Assembly (NCBI GenBank): GCA_964472755.1
Contig: CAYYMF010000002.1
Coordinates: 2,927-66,926, forward strand
Reading direction: 5' to 3'
Length of the DNA: 64,000 nt
DNA from: an uncultured Chitinophagales bacterium
GTDB lineage: Bacteria; Bacteroidota; Bacteroidia; Chitinophagales; JADIYW01
The notes below the pieces were generated by a model, which saw only the letters and a list, made by a program, of their open reading frames with translations, did no database searches and was not told where the DNA came from. Position numbers and translations under genes: made by a program. Below are positions 10,074-19,317 of the stretch, one piece after another (positions within the stretch are counted from its first letter, which is position 1; each line of letters begins with the position of its first letter).

Positions 10074-10439
10074 GGGGCTGTTCGGTTTTGACGGCAGATG
10101 TTCGTTTAAGTAAGCATGTCGAGTATTGTACAAATTGACTCGTTAATCCTAAAGTACATAACTTTTTAATTGGCGAGAGATCTTTCGCTTTAGCAGCTTA
10201 ATACAAGGTATTAACACGCTAATGCTCCCACGTTTGATTTTCTTGTTGTCAGCGTTTGGAGTATCATTAATAACAAGATAGTTTGCTGATGTTTCTAAAG
10301 CAAATGAAATTATAGAAACTACGGTTTAATTTGGTAAGTATAAACACCTAATTATTCCCGACAATTAAGTTTGTACTACACATGTAGAAAGCTTATGGGT
10401 GCTTTGTCCGGACGTGAGTTCGATTCTCACCAGCTCCAC
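10074..10439 (+). ncRNA. ssrA: Transfer-messenger RNA (tmRNA, SsrA), one-piece
   Basis: The 5' GGGGCTG pairs with the 3' CAGCTCC, including the G3:U alanine identity pair. A T-arm GTGAG-TTCGATT-CTCAC is followed by discriminator A, and the terminal CCA is not fully encoded. There is an internal tag ORF, the local GC content is well above the surroundings, and a T-run follows. Confidence 0.92.
10172..10201 (+). other. tmRNA tag-coding segment, predicted tag GERSFALAA followed by stop
   Basis: The sequence ggc gag aga tct ttc gct tta gca gct taa ends in the canonical ALAA-stop. The exact resume codon is inferred. Confidence 0.6.
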
Positions 10440-10508
10440 TTTTTTTATATATCTCTTATGCTTAAATTCCCATAAAAAAACTATATTTATTACAAAAAAA
10501 TAATAAAT

Positions 10509-11623
10509 ATGGATTTACATCTTAACATAACCTATAATATTCTTTTATTTATTTTTTCTGCTGTTGTAGTTTGGATTTTATGCAATAAATTATCAGAAAT
10601 TATTGATACAATTGACCTTCAATTTAATTTAGGTGCAGCATTTGGTGGTACAATTATGCTAGCAATTATTACTAATTTGCCTGAAATCGCCATAGTCTTT
10701 AATGGTGCTTTAAATGGCAGGCAGTATAGACTTAGCAGTCGGAAATATTTTAGGCGGTATTGCAATACAATCTACCTTATTGATTTTATTTGATTTTATG
10801 TCTAGAAAAAGGGAAACACAACCATTTTCTACACTAGATAGTTCAGAAACAAGTATTTTACAAGGATTATTTTTAGTAGCCATACTATCGATGGTACTAA
10901 TTGGCAAACAATTTACTGAAAGTTTTATCATTTTTAGGACAACGCCTCCTGTATTTTTTATATTGAGACTTTGGATAATCATTATTCTAGCAATGAAACA
11001 ATTTCAAAATTCAAACCTCTCGAAGGATACAACTATTGAAGAAAAAAAACACACCATCAAAATATAGCAAAAAATCCGCCTTAACTTGGTTGTTTATAAT
11101 TTCAGTATTTGTACTTTTTTTTGGTGTGTTACTTAAAAATACAAGCAATGCCATTGCTAATCATTATAACATAAACGGTGTAATATTTAGAGCAACAGTT
11201 TTAGCTTTTGTAACTTCATTACCTGAAATTTCAGGTGGTTTAGCTTTTGTAAAATCACGTTCTTACACTCCAATAATTGATGATATTTTTGGAGGCAATG
11301 TATTTCTTCCTGTATTATTTGTGCTTACCATTTTCCTAACAAACAATGCAATATTACCCAAAGTTGATAGGATTGATTTGTACCTAACAGGAATCGCTAT
11401 GCTGATTACCATAAATTATTTAATAGGTATGATTATTAAAAAGGAACATCGTTATTTTGGTATGGGAATGGATTCTTGGATTGCTCTAAGCATCTATTTA
11501 TCATCTGTTATTGATTTGTTTTTTTATATAAACAGATTCAAATTACTATTTTATTCCCTTAATAAATTCTTGAATACTTTCTTTCATATTAGAAGCTTTT
11601 TCAATATATTTTACAAATGCTGA
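10509..11623 (+). pseudogene. Cation/Ca2+ exchanger (CaCA family, YrbG-like sodium/calcium antiporter) split over three reading frames
   Basis: Three consecutive, overlapping ORFs (10509..10793, 10714..11067, 11036..11623) read together as a single CaCA protein. Alpha-repeat 1 is TNLPEIAIVFNGAL then DLAVGNILGGIAIQSTLLILF, and alpha-repeat 2 is TSLPEISGGLAFV then DDIFGGNVFLP. The first frame switch is near 10700-10720 and the second is at an A8 run around 11041-11049. Confidence 0.75.
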
Positions 11624-12316
11624 ACCAATAATTGCTCCATTTGCATTTCTACAAGCTAGTTCAAATGTATTTCTATCTTTTATTCCAAATCCAATTACAG
11701 TAGGATTTTTTAGCCTTAAAGTTTTTAATCTATTAAAATAGGTTGCTTGTTGAGCCTCTAAATTAATATTTGTTCCTGTAATAGAATGTGTAGAAACCAC
11801 GTAAATAAAACTATCAGAAATACTATCAATTTGAAGCACTCTTTCATTAGAAGTTTGTGGAGTAATTAAAAATATATTTTCAATACCATTTTCTTTAAAT
11901 GATGATTGATACATATTTTCATATTCATACATTGGTAAATCTGGAATTATGACACCGTCAATACCTACATTTGAAGCCTCTTTCAAGAAATTTTTAAATC
12001 CATATTGTAATGCAGGATTGATGTAACCCATTAAAACTAAAGGAATATGAATTTTTTCTCTAATATTTTTAAGCTGGTTAAATAGCGTCTGGATTGTCAT
12101 CCCATTTTGAATCGCAATGGTATTAGAATATTGAATCGTTGGACCATCTGCGGTTGGATCGGAAAATGGCATTCCAATTTCAACCATATCCACACCATTT
12201 TCTTGTAATGCCTCTAAAATTTGTGGCAAATCATTTAGATGGGGATAACCCGCTGTAATAAAAATGCTTAATATATTTTCTTTTTTCTCTTTAAAGAGCT
12301 TTTGTATTCTATTCAT
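11546..12316 (-). CDS. trpA: Tryptophan synthase alpha chain
   Basis: 256 aa with FITAGYP, VDMVEIGMPFSDPTADGPTIQ and GFGI motifs. Confidence 0.92.
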   Translation of the reverse strand: MNRIQKLFKEKKENILSIFITAGYPHLNDLPQILEALQENGVDMVEIGMPFSDPTADGPTIQYSNTIAIQNGMTIQTLFNQLKNIREKIHIPLVLMGYINPALQYGFKNFLKEASNVGIDGVIIPDLPMYEYENMYQSSFKENGIENIFLITPQTSNERVLQIDSISDSFIYVVSTHSITGTNINLEAQQATYFNRLKTLRLKNPTVIGFGIKDRNTFELACRNANGAIIGSAFVKYIEKASNMKESIQEFIKGIK

Positions 12317-12329
12317 TTTTTAAATACAA

Positions 12330-13358
12330 TTATTTATAGGAATTTATAAAAGACAAGGCATCAGCTTGAAAATTAAAAAAATCTTCGGCATGAGGTACAT
12401 GTCCAGTTAGTATATATTTTGTTGGCGTATAAATTACGTTTGCTCCAGTTGCTAATTTGAATTTTAGAGCTAGATTATCTTTAGGTAGAAACATATCCTT
12501 GTCTCCCCAAACTAATAATATTGGTAAATCTAATTTAGATAATAAAGGAGTCATATCCATTTCTGTAAAATAGAAATTATTATATTTTATTTGAGCATAA
12601 GCATTAAGTTGGTTCTTGTAAATTACATCTAAAGGAGTACTTGGAACATCTGTTTTTCGTTGTTTTACATTATTTAGATTGAATATTAGTCCATTATTTT
12701 GTGTCAAAACATTTAGATGTTTTTCAAATACTTCTGAGTCAAAAACAGGATGTTCAGTATAATAACTTTTAAGATTTGTCCAATAACCTCCTGGATTATT
12801 ATTTGCTATAATTCTTTCATCTGCTAAATCTATAACCTTTTGTTTTGATAAAGCTAATCCATTTTTCAAATCATAAGCTGGAGCTTCTAAAATAAGTCCA
12901 TTAATTTTTTCTTGTCGTGCTGAATCCGATGCATAAAAACAAGCAACAGCTCCACCAATTCCTGTTCCATGTAAAATGACACTTCGTACTTTTGCAACTT
13001 TAAAAGTAAAATCAATAACTTTATCTAAATCAGCAGCAAATTGCTCAATACTCATTTCACTAGGATTTGTATTCCCTTGTGCTGTTCCTGAGCCTCTTTG
13101 GTCGTAATAAACTACTTTATATTTACTTTCAATATACTGCCAATACACATTGTTTTTTTCAGTATTAACATTTGAGTTCAGTCCATCATTGATATAAATT
13201 ACAGCATGTTCCGCAATTTTATTTCCAGTGATGTTGATAGGCAATGCAACATTATCAATTTTTAAAAAGTAATAGTTATTAATTAGATTGGAATTCTTAT
13301 CCTTTTGACAAGAAAACAACAACATTATTAATGCGATATAGGTAAATTTTCTTATCAT
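12330..13358 (-). CDS. Alpha/beta-hydrolase fold lipoprotein
   Basis: It has a lipobox (MIRKFTYIALIMLLFSCQ), a nucleophile-elbow-like HGTGIGG and a C-terminal catalytic-His context (TGHVPH). Confidence 0.6.
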   Translation of the reverse strand: MIRKFTYIALIMLLFSCQKDKNSNLINNYYFLKIDNVALPINITGNKIAEHAVIYINDGLNSNVNTEKNNVYWQYIESKYKVVYYDQRGSGTAQGNTNPSEMSIEQFAADLDKVIDFTFKVAKVRSVILHGTGIGGAVACFYASDSARQEKINGLILEAPAYDLKNGLALSKQKVIDLADERIIANNNPGGYWTNLKSYYTEHPVFDSEVFEKHLNVLTQNNGLIFNLNNVKQRKTDVPSTPLDVIYKNQLNAYAQIKYNNFYFTEMDMTPLLSKLDLPILLVWGDKDMFLPKDNLALKFKLATGANVIYTPTKYILTGHVPHAEDFFNFQADALSFINSYK

Positions 13359-13360
13359 TT

Positions 13361-14035
13361 TTATTCAATATTTCTTCTAATAATATAGGCAACACCAGTT
13401 TGTACAATAATATGCCTTGTCCAATTATGATTGTTTGGGAAGTTGTAATACAAACCGATACCACCAAATAAATTCAATGGAGTTCGTCCACTCTTACTAA
13501 AATCTAAACCAATATTAAAATTTCCACCAACAATAGCATTTGAAAAACCTGCTTTTATTTTATTTACATCTCCTGATGGTGTAACTTCATAAGTCGGCAC
13601 ATTCAACTTGGCATAATAATAACCACCACTAATGCCAATTTCAGTATAGAAGATTTTAGGTGTAGTATGACGATATACAAATGAAGGCATAAAATACAAA
13701 CCCGTGTGGTAACGTTCACGATATAAAAAACCAATAGTCGGTTTGATAAATAAATCTCTATCAGCCACTTTTATATCATAAGCAGATTTTTTTTGATTTT
13801 TTTTAGTTTTAGAAAATAAGCGTATGTAACCTCCAAACTCCATTCCTAAATTGATAGAAACAGGTTTTATAAATTCTATATCTGCATTTCCTGCAACAGA
13901 AATAATTGTTTTCTTATATTTCAACCCTTCAATTGGCAATAAATTTTTGTATTTAAGCGTGGCATCTTGAGCAAACAAACTACCAAAATAAAAACTTAGG
14001 GATAGGATAAATAAAAATCTATAATTTGAGTTCAT
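13361..14035 (-). CDS. Small predicted outer-membrane beta-barrel protein, function unknown
   Basis: 224 aa with signal peptide MNSNYRFLFILSLSFYFGSLFAQ. It shows an alternating Gly/Tyr/Phe-rich strand pattern (GISGGYYYAKL, GGIGLYYNF). Confidence 0.5.
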   Translation of the reverse strand: MNSNYRFLFILSLSFYFGSLFAQDATLKYKNLLPIEGLKYKKTIISVAGNADIEFIKPVSINLGMEFGGYIRLFSKTKKNQKKSAYDIKVADRDLFIKPTIGFLYRERYHTGLYFMPSFVYRHTTPKIFYTEIGISGGYYYAKLNVPTYEVTPSGDVNKIKAGFSNAIVGGNFNIGLDFSKSGRTPLNLFGGIGLYYNFPNNHNWTRHIIVQTGVAYIIRRNIE

Positions 14036-14126
14036 CTACTAGTTTAAAAATGTTTATGAAAATACAACAACTTACTGACTAAAAAAAAGATTGTAAGATT
14101 AATAACGATTATTTTTAACACTATTT

Positions 14127-14723
14127 TTAATGTTTCATTCGCTGGGATAGAATTTTATCGATATATTTTCCTAAAATATCAAACTCAATATTCACTTCTG
14201 TTCCAACTTTATATTGATGAAAAATAGTATTTTCTAAGGTATATGGAATGATAGCAACTGAGAATTTATTTTCTGCTGTTTCTACAATTGTGAGGCTAGT
14301 TCCATCAATACAAATAGAACCTTTATCTACAACAGTAAAAAGAGGATTTTTTACAAATTCAAAATAGAAATATTTACTGCCGTCCTTATCTTCAATTCGT
14401 TTACAAATAGCAGTCTGATCGACATGTCCTTGCACTAAATGTCCATCTAAAAAGGCATTTGCCATCATTGCTTTTTCTAAATTTACTTTAGCGCCAACTT
14501 TCCAACTACTCAGCGTTGTTTTATCTAAAGTTTCTTTTATGGCAGTAACTTTATGTGTATCACCAATTTGTTCAATCACTGTCAAGCAAACGCCATTGTG
14601 TGCAATACTTTGGTCTATATTAAGCTCATTAGAAAATTTACTTTTTATAGTAAAATCAATATTAGTTCCTATTTTTTCTATCGATATAATTTCGCCGATT
14701 GTTTGTATAATTCCCGTAAACAT
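14127..14723 (-). CDS. ribE: Riboflavin synthase (alpha chain)
   Basis: 198 aa. The N-terminus MFTGIIQTIGEI and the internal duplication (GVCLTV / GTSLTIV) are typical of riboflavin synthase. Confidence 0.9.
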   Translation of the reverse strand: MFTGIIQTIGEIISIEKIGTNIDFTIKSKFSNELNIDQSIAHNGVCLTVIEQIGDTHKVTAIKETLDKTTLSSWKVGAKVNLEKAMMANAFLDGHLVQGHVDQTAICKRIEDKDGSKYFYFEFVKNPLFTVVDKGSICIDGTSLTIVETAENKFSVAIIPYTLENTIFHQYKVGTEVNIEFDILGKYIDKILSQRMKH

Positions 14724-14725
14724 AA

Positions 14726-17407
14726 CTATCTAAATAAATGAATGTAGCCACTTAATGGTTCGACAATTTTCTCAACACCATTGGCTGTTTTATAATACAA
14801 ATAACAAGTATAATAATATACGGCAGTCGGTAATTCTTTTCCATTTTTAACATCCGTTCCATTCCAATTAATATCAGGATTTTCAGTCTGAAAAACTAAA
14901 ATTCCCCATCTATCATAAATTTTAATATCAATTTTCTCTACACTTCTATATGGAATAATAGGAGTAAATAAGTCGTTTTGACCGTCATTATTTGGTGTAA
15001 ATGTATTGGGCAATTCATATTTTGGACAATCGTTAGAACAAACCATATTTGATAAAGTTTTGTTGCCATTTTTTCCAACAGTTTCCAATTGATAACATGC
15101 TGCTAAAGATTGAACAGAATCCAAATCATGTGTAAATGCCAAAAGTCCATCTTTAGGAATTGTATCTAATAATACATAATCATTGTAATTATTGGCTTTA
15201 TAATAAATTTTGGTTTTTACTATTGTGCTTGTATCACACGTAGGTTCAAAATTCCAAACTAAATAGTTAATAAAATCATTTTCTGGAAGATGCTTATCTA
15301 AACAAAAATTACTCAATTTCAACAGCGGTTTGCAAGGAAAAGTAGTATCAATTGGAATAGCACAGGATTCTTGTGAGAAGTTTAACAATGGCGTTTTTAA
15401 TCCATCAATAGTATAAGTTCCGATAGATTTTATTTTATAACAATAAAGACTATCATTTAGCAATCCAACATCTTTAAAATTATTTACGGTTGTTGTTGAT
15501 ACTGAATCAAAAGTTGAGCTACCTGGGTCTTTTCGATACACTACAAAACTATCATTTTGCCATGGCGTATTAAAATCCCAATGCAATTCAATACTTTTAT
15601 AATTTGGTGTAACATTTAGGAATACACTTGAAGCTTCATTCGTAAAACCTAAAGTATCTAATCCTGCATTTGCTATAAATTGAACTTTATATTTGTAAGA
15701 AAGAAACTCAGTATTCAAATTAATATCCAAATAACTCGTATCATTGATAGCAGAAAACGAGGTAAAAGATTTAGAATTAATTATACTAAAATTTTGACTA
15801 TTTGCATCAGCACGATACAAAGTAAAAGTATAATAACCTCGATTGATTAAGGTATCTAATTCGTCAGCATTGGGGCGAGACCATTCTACATATATTTGAC
15901 CATTAATTTCATTTGTTGTTTTGACATCAACATTATAAATAATAGGCAAACTCAAAGGTAAACGCACACAAACTTCATTAGAAGGCAAACTACTAAAAGG
16001 ATTTACTTCAATATTTGTTGCCGTTAAATCTGCAAACTCTGCTTTGATTTTATAACTGTATTGCTCCCCAATCTGAACTGTATTGTCCGTATAAGTATAG
16101 TTTTTAGTATAGCCAATAAAGGTATAACCTTGTGCTTCCAAATCGGTATTACAAGAATCCATAGGATTGCCACAACCTTTTTTACGCCAAATAGAAAATT
16201 TATTAAATTTTGGATTCGTACTACAAGAATATAGATTATCCCAATTTAATGTAACTGTATTTGCTGACACATCTCCTATTGCTGTTAAGTTTTGAGGTGC
16301 AGGTGCTAAAACTTTTATAAAAACTGTTTTTATATCTACTAAAGGTGGACTAACAAAATTATCTTCTGCTTTAAACAAAACGGGATATTCATTCTTATTC
16401 AGATGGCTACAATCCGTTTTCCATTTAAAACTACCAGAAATTGGATTTTGTGGTATTTGAGTAGTAAAAATAGCTGCTTGTGTAGGTAAACTATACACAA
16501 TTCCATTTGAGGTTAAAGTAATTTTTTGAGTCACATCTGCATCGGTTGCACTAACTGAAAAACTTACAGAATCACCTGCAACTACACAAATATTTTCAGG
16601 AATTGTTAATACTGGTGGTCTATTACTTGTTGTTTCAACAAATATTTGCATATCACGAACTACAGTACCAATTAAAAAACCTGCTCTATATTCTTGTACT
16701 AAAATGGCAATATTGTATATTCCTTGAACTTGTGGATATTCCCAAACTAACTCACCAGTTTTGGGATTGATTTTAAATTGATTATTAATGCCTGCTTGTA
16801 TTTGATTCGGATATAAATAACCGCTCACATTAGCTGATTGACCTTGTTTCGGTGGAATGAGTGAAAATACCAAACTATCTCCATCTGGGTCAAAAGCATT
16901 TGGGTTATGTACAAAACGCTGCCCCACATTAGCCGCATCAATTGGTGGATTATACAATATTGGAGAACTGTTATAACCTAGATCATTTGCATTAAAAATT
17001 CGCACTGTATCTTCAATATAAAAAATCGTATTGACAGAGTTTTGCATGTTTATAATATTGGCAATTCTGTTTGGATCTGTCATTGATACAATGTAACGAG
17101 CTGGGCCAGTATAAGAATGCAACATTCTATAAGTATTCTTAAAGACATCAGGAAAAGGTGTAGCATCTCTTGATATTCTCACGATAGAATCTTTAGTACC
17201 ATCACCCCAAAAGATTTCTAGCTTTGGTCTATCTGCACCTTCACTCTCACCACTTAATTTTGTATAAGTTATAACTGTAAATTCATAAGTGTAAGCCGCA
17301 ATATGTCGATACATAATTTCGCCAGCTCTATTATGTGTTGCAAAAATATTTTTTGAAACAAAAAATATAAGTAAAATCAGTACAATTCTTTTAATATTAA
17401 TCTGCAT
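14726..17407 (-). CDS. Large secreted cell-surface protein with a T9SS type B C-terminal sorting domain (gliding-motility-associated C-terminal domain)
   Basis: The C-terminus has YELPNTFTPNNDGQNDLFTPI...IYDRWG...F, the type B CTD signature. The N-terminus is IFATHNRAGEIMYR after a signal peptide, and a DPDGDSLVFSL cadherin/PKD-like motif is present. The track starts it at TTG 17467; I prefer the ATG at 17407 (MQINIKRIVLILLIFFVS). Confidence 0.8.
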   Translation of the reverse strand: MQINIKRIVLILLIFFVSKNIFATHNRAGEIMYRHIAAYTYEFTVITYTKLSGESEGADRPKLEIFWGDGTKDSIVRISRDATPFPDVFKNTYRMLHSYTGPARYIVSMTDPNRIANIINMQNSVNTIFYIEDTVRIFNANDLGYNSSPILYNPPIDAANVGQRFVHNPNAFDPDGDSLVFSLIPPKQGQSANVSGYLYPNQIQAGINNQFKINPKTGELVWEYPQVQGIYNIAILVQEYRAGFLIGTVVRDMQIFVETTSNRPPVLTIPENICVVAGDSVSFSVSATDADVTQKITLTSNGIVYSLPTQAAIFTTQIPQNPISGSFKWKTDCSHLNKNEYPVLFKAEDNFVSPPLVDIKTVFIKVLAPAPQNLTAIGDVSANTVTLNWDNLYSCSTNPKFNKFSIWRKKGCGNPMDSCNTDLEAQGYTFIGYTKNYTYTDNTVQIGEQYSYKIKAEFADLTATNIEVNPFSSLPSNEVCVRLPLSLPIIYNVDVKTTNEINGQIYVEWSRPNADELDTLINRGYYTFTLYRADANSQNFSIINSKSFTSFSAINDTSYLDINLNTEFLSYKYKVQFIANAGLDTLGFTNEASSVFLNVTPNYKSIELHWDFNTPWQNDSFVVYRKDPGSSTFDSVSTTTVNNFKDVGLLNDSLYCYKIKSIGTYTIDGLKTPLLNFSQESCAIPIDTTFPCKPLLKLSNFCLDKHLPENDFINYLVWNFEPTCDTSTIVKTKIYYKANNYNDYVLLDTIPKDGLLAFTHDLDSVQSLAACYQLETVGKNGNKTLSNMVCSNDCPKYELPNTFTPNNDGQNDLFTPIIPYRSVEKIDIKIYDRWGILVFQTENPDINWNGTDVKNGKELPTAVYYYTCYLYYKTANGVEKIVEPLSGYIHLFR

Positions 17408-17491
17408 AAAATACTTTGTAAATATACATAGCTTTTTGTGAAAACAAAATAGATGATTTAATTTCAAAATATTAAAAGAGAATGTTCAATA

Positions 17492-18535
17492 TTAAACAAC
17501 TTTATATCTATTCGCTCTTTTAAATGTACCGATATCATTAAAACGGACACCATTTTCTTTCATTGATTTTAATGCTCTTGCACGAGCAAAATGTCTAATA
17601 TAAAAAGTTTCATTGACTACAAAATGATGAATTGCATGTGTCCAGCCAAAAAAGAAACAAAAAACTTGAAATGGCAATGTCCACCAAACATTAAGTACTT
17701 GTGTTTGTTGCATAATATTACCACTTTCTACATCTCCAAAATAGTGCATATTTGAAGTAATAAAATGCAAACAAAATTGACGCAATAAATTAGGTGCAAC
17801 AATGATAGCCACAATCGGTTTTATCCAAAGATATTGATTTGCCATAAAAATCGGAGTGTGATAATCAATATTAAAAATTCCTGTAAAAATCAAAATCAAT
17901 AAATGCACTAAATATATATACCAAATTAAATATGCAATCAAACCAAATGGTACCATCGAAATCGTTTTAATCTTCTTGAAACGCAACGCTTGTTCTTTAC
18001 TTAAATTCCCATTTTTGACTTCATTTCTAATATCCTTAACTAAAACTTTTGCTCGCATAATACCACCAAAAATCAAATCTGGTGTACCAATTAAACGTTT
18101 CAATGACCATTTTTCGCCATTTGTAACACCACGCTCTTCAACATCGTGTAAAGTTCCTGAATATTTATGATGATGAAAATGCAATTCTCTTCGCAACCAC
18201 GGATTGATAGTTAATGGACGTAAAATCCATACTGAAAGCAACATAAAATCTTGTATAATTTTATTTTTTCTGAAATACATCCAATGAATTAAATCATGTT
18301 CTAATTCGTGTAAAATTCCCATCCAAAACGCATTGAATGGAATTAAAATCCAAACAGATAATTGACCTTTTAAATAAAAAAACGAGGCAAATACAATCAT
18401 AGAAATAGACACCAAAAAAATTGACATTCCTATAAAATTTTGATGTTTCAAAAATGGATATTTTTGTTTCAAATCTTTATAAGATTGACTAATCTCTTGT
18501 CTGATTAGCGTAATTTTTTGGTTATCTGTCAGCAT
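17492..18535 (-). CDS. Membrane di-iron His-box enzyme (fatty acid desaturase superfamily)
   Basis: It has three His boxes, HELEHDLIH, HFHHHKYSG and HAIHHFV, separated by hydrophobic helices. Confidence 0.65.
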   Translation of the reverse strand: MLTDNQKITLIRQEISQSYKDLKQKYPFLKHQNFIGMSIFLVSISMIVFASFFYLKGQLSVWILIPFNAFWMGILHELEHDLIHWMYFRKNKIIQDFMLLSVWILRPLTINPWLRRELHFHHHKYSGTLHDVEERGVTNGEKWSLKRLIGTPDLIFGGIMRAKVLVKDIRNEVKNGNLSKEQALRFKKIKTISMVPFGLIAYLIWYIYLVHLLILIFTGIFNIDYHTPIFMANQYLWIKPIVAIIVAPNLLRQFCLHFITSNMHYFGDVESGNIMQQTQVLNVWWTLPFQVFCFFFGWTHAIHHFVVNETFYIRHFARARALKSMKENGVRFNDIGTFKRANRYKVV

Positions 18536-18563
18536 AATAGCTTCTAAGATAATAAAAATATGA

Positions 18564-19295
18564 CTAACTATTCCAAATCTCCCAACTTCTTTCAGCTTGA
18601 AGATGGAGCATTTCTAAACCATTTTTTGTTTTTGCTCCCTTTTCTATTCCATTTTTCAAAAATAAAGTTACTTCAGGATTATAAACTAAATCGTACAACA
18701 AATGCTGTTCGCTTATAAATTGATAAGGAATTTCTGGTGCTATATCAATATTTGGATACATACCTATTGGCGATGTATTGATGATGACAGTGGCTTTTTT
18801 CATCAAGTGCTCATCAATTTCATGATAAGTAATAGTTTGTTCGGATTTAGTTCTAGAAACATATTGAAAGTTGATATTCAATTGCTCTAATACATACTCC
18901 ACTGCTTTTGAGGCACCGCCAGTTCCCAAAATCAAGGCAAAATTATGGTGCTTTTTTAATAAAGGTTTTAAACTCATTTCAAAACCATAAACATCAGAAT
19001 TATAACCAATTTTCTTGCCATCAATAAATTTAATCGTATTTACTGCTCCAATTTTTGCAGCAGCTTCCTCTAAACTATCTAAAAATGGAATTACTTGTTG
19101 TTTATAGGGAATGGTAACATTTAATCCAAAAAGATTAGATTTTTGATTAAAAAGCTGTTCTATTAAATGGATATTTTCTAGTGGAAAAGTATCATATTGA
19201 GCATCAGTAATATTTTCTTTCTTAAACTTTTGAGCAAAATATCCTTTAGAAAAAGAATGGGACAAAGGATAACCAATTAGACCAAATTGTCTCAT
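18564..19295 (-). CDS. aroE: Shikimate 5-dehydrogenase
   Basis: 243 aa with FGLIGYPLSHSFSKGYF, LNVTIPYK and LGTGGASKAV motifs. Confidence 0.88.
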   Translation of the reverse strand: MRQFGLIGYPLSHSFSKGYFAQKFKKENITDAQYDTFPLENIHLIEQLFNQKSNLFGLNVTIPYKQQVIPFLDSLEEAAAKIGAVNTIKFIDGKKIGYNSDVYGFEMSLKPLLKKHHNFALILGTGGASKAVEYVLEQLNINFQYVSRTKSEQTITYHEIDEHLMKKATVIINTSPIGMYPNIDIAPEIPYQFISEQHLLYDLVYNPEVTLFLKNGIEKGAKTKNGLEMLHLQAERSWEIWNS

Positions 19296-19317
19296 AAATA
19301 AGTAATATTTTCAGTTG

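Noticed and set aside
17460-17525. Apparent 1-nt discrepancy between my hand indexing and the track coordinates around the start of the type B CTD gene and the stop of the desaturase gene
   Set aside because: Both track ORFs have lengths divisible by three, and their other ends check out exactly (14726 and 18535). I attribute the mismatch to my manual reading of a T-run, not to a real frameshift, and I used the track coordinates.
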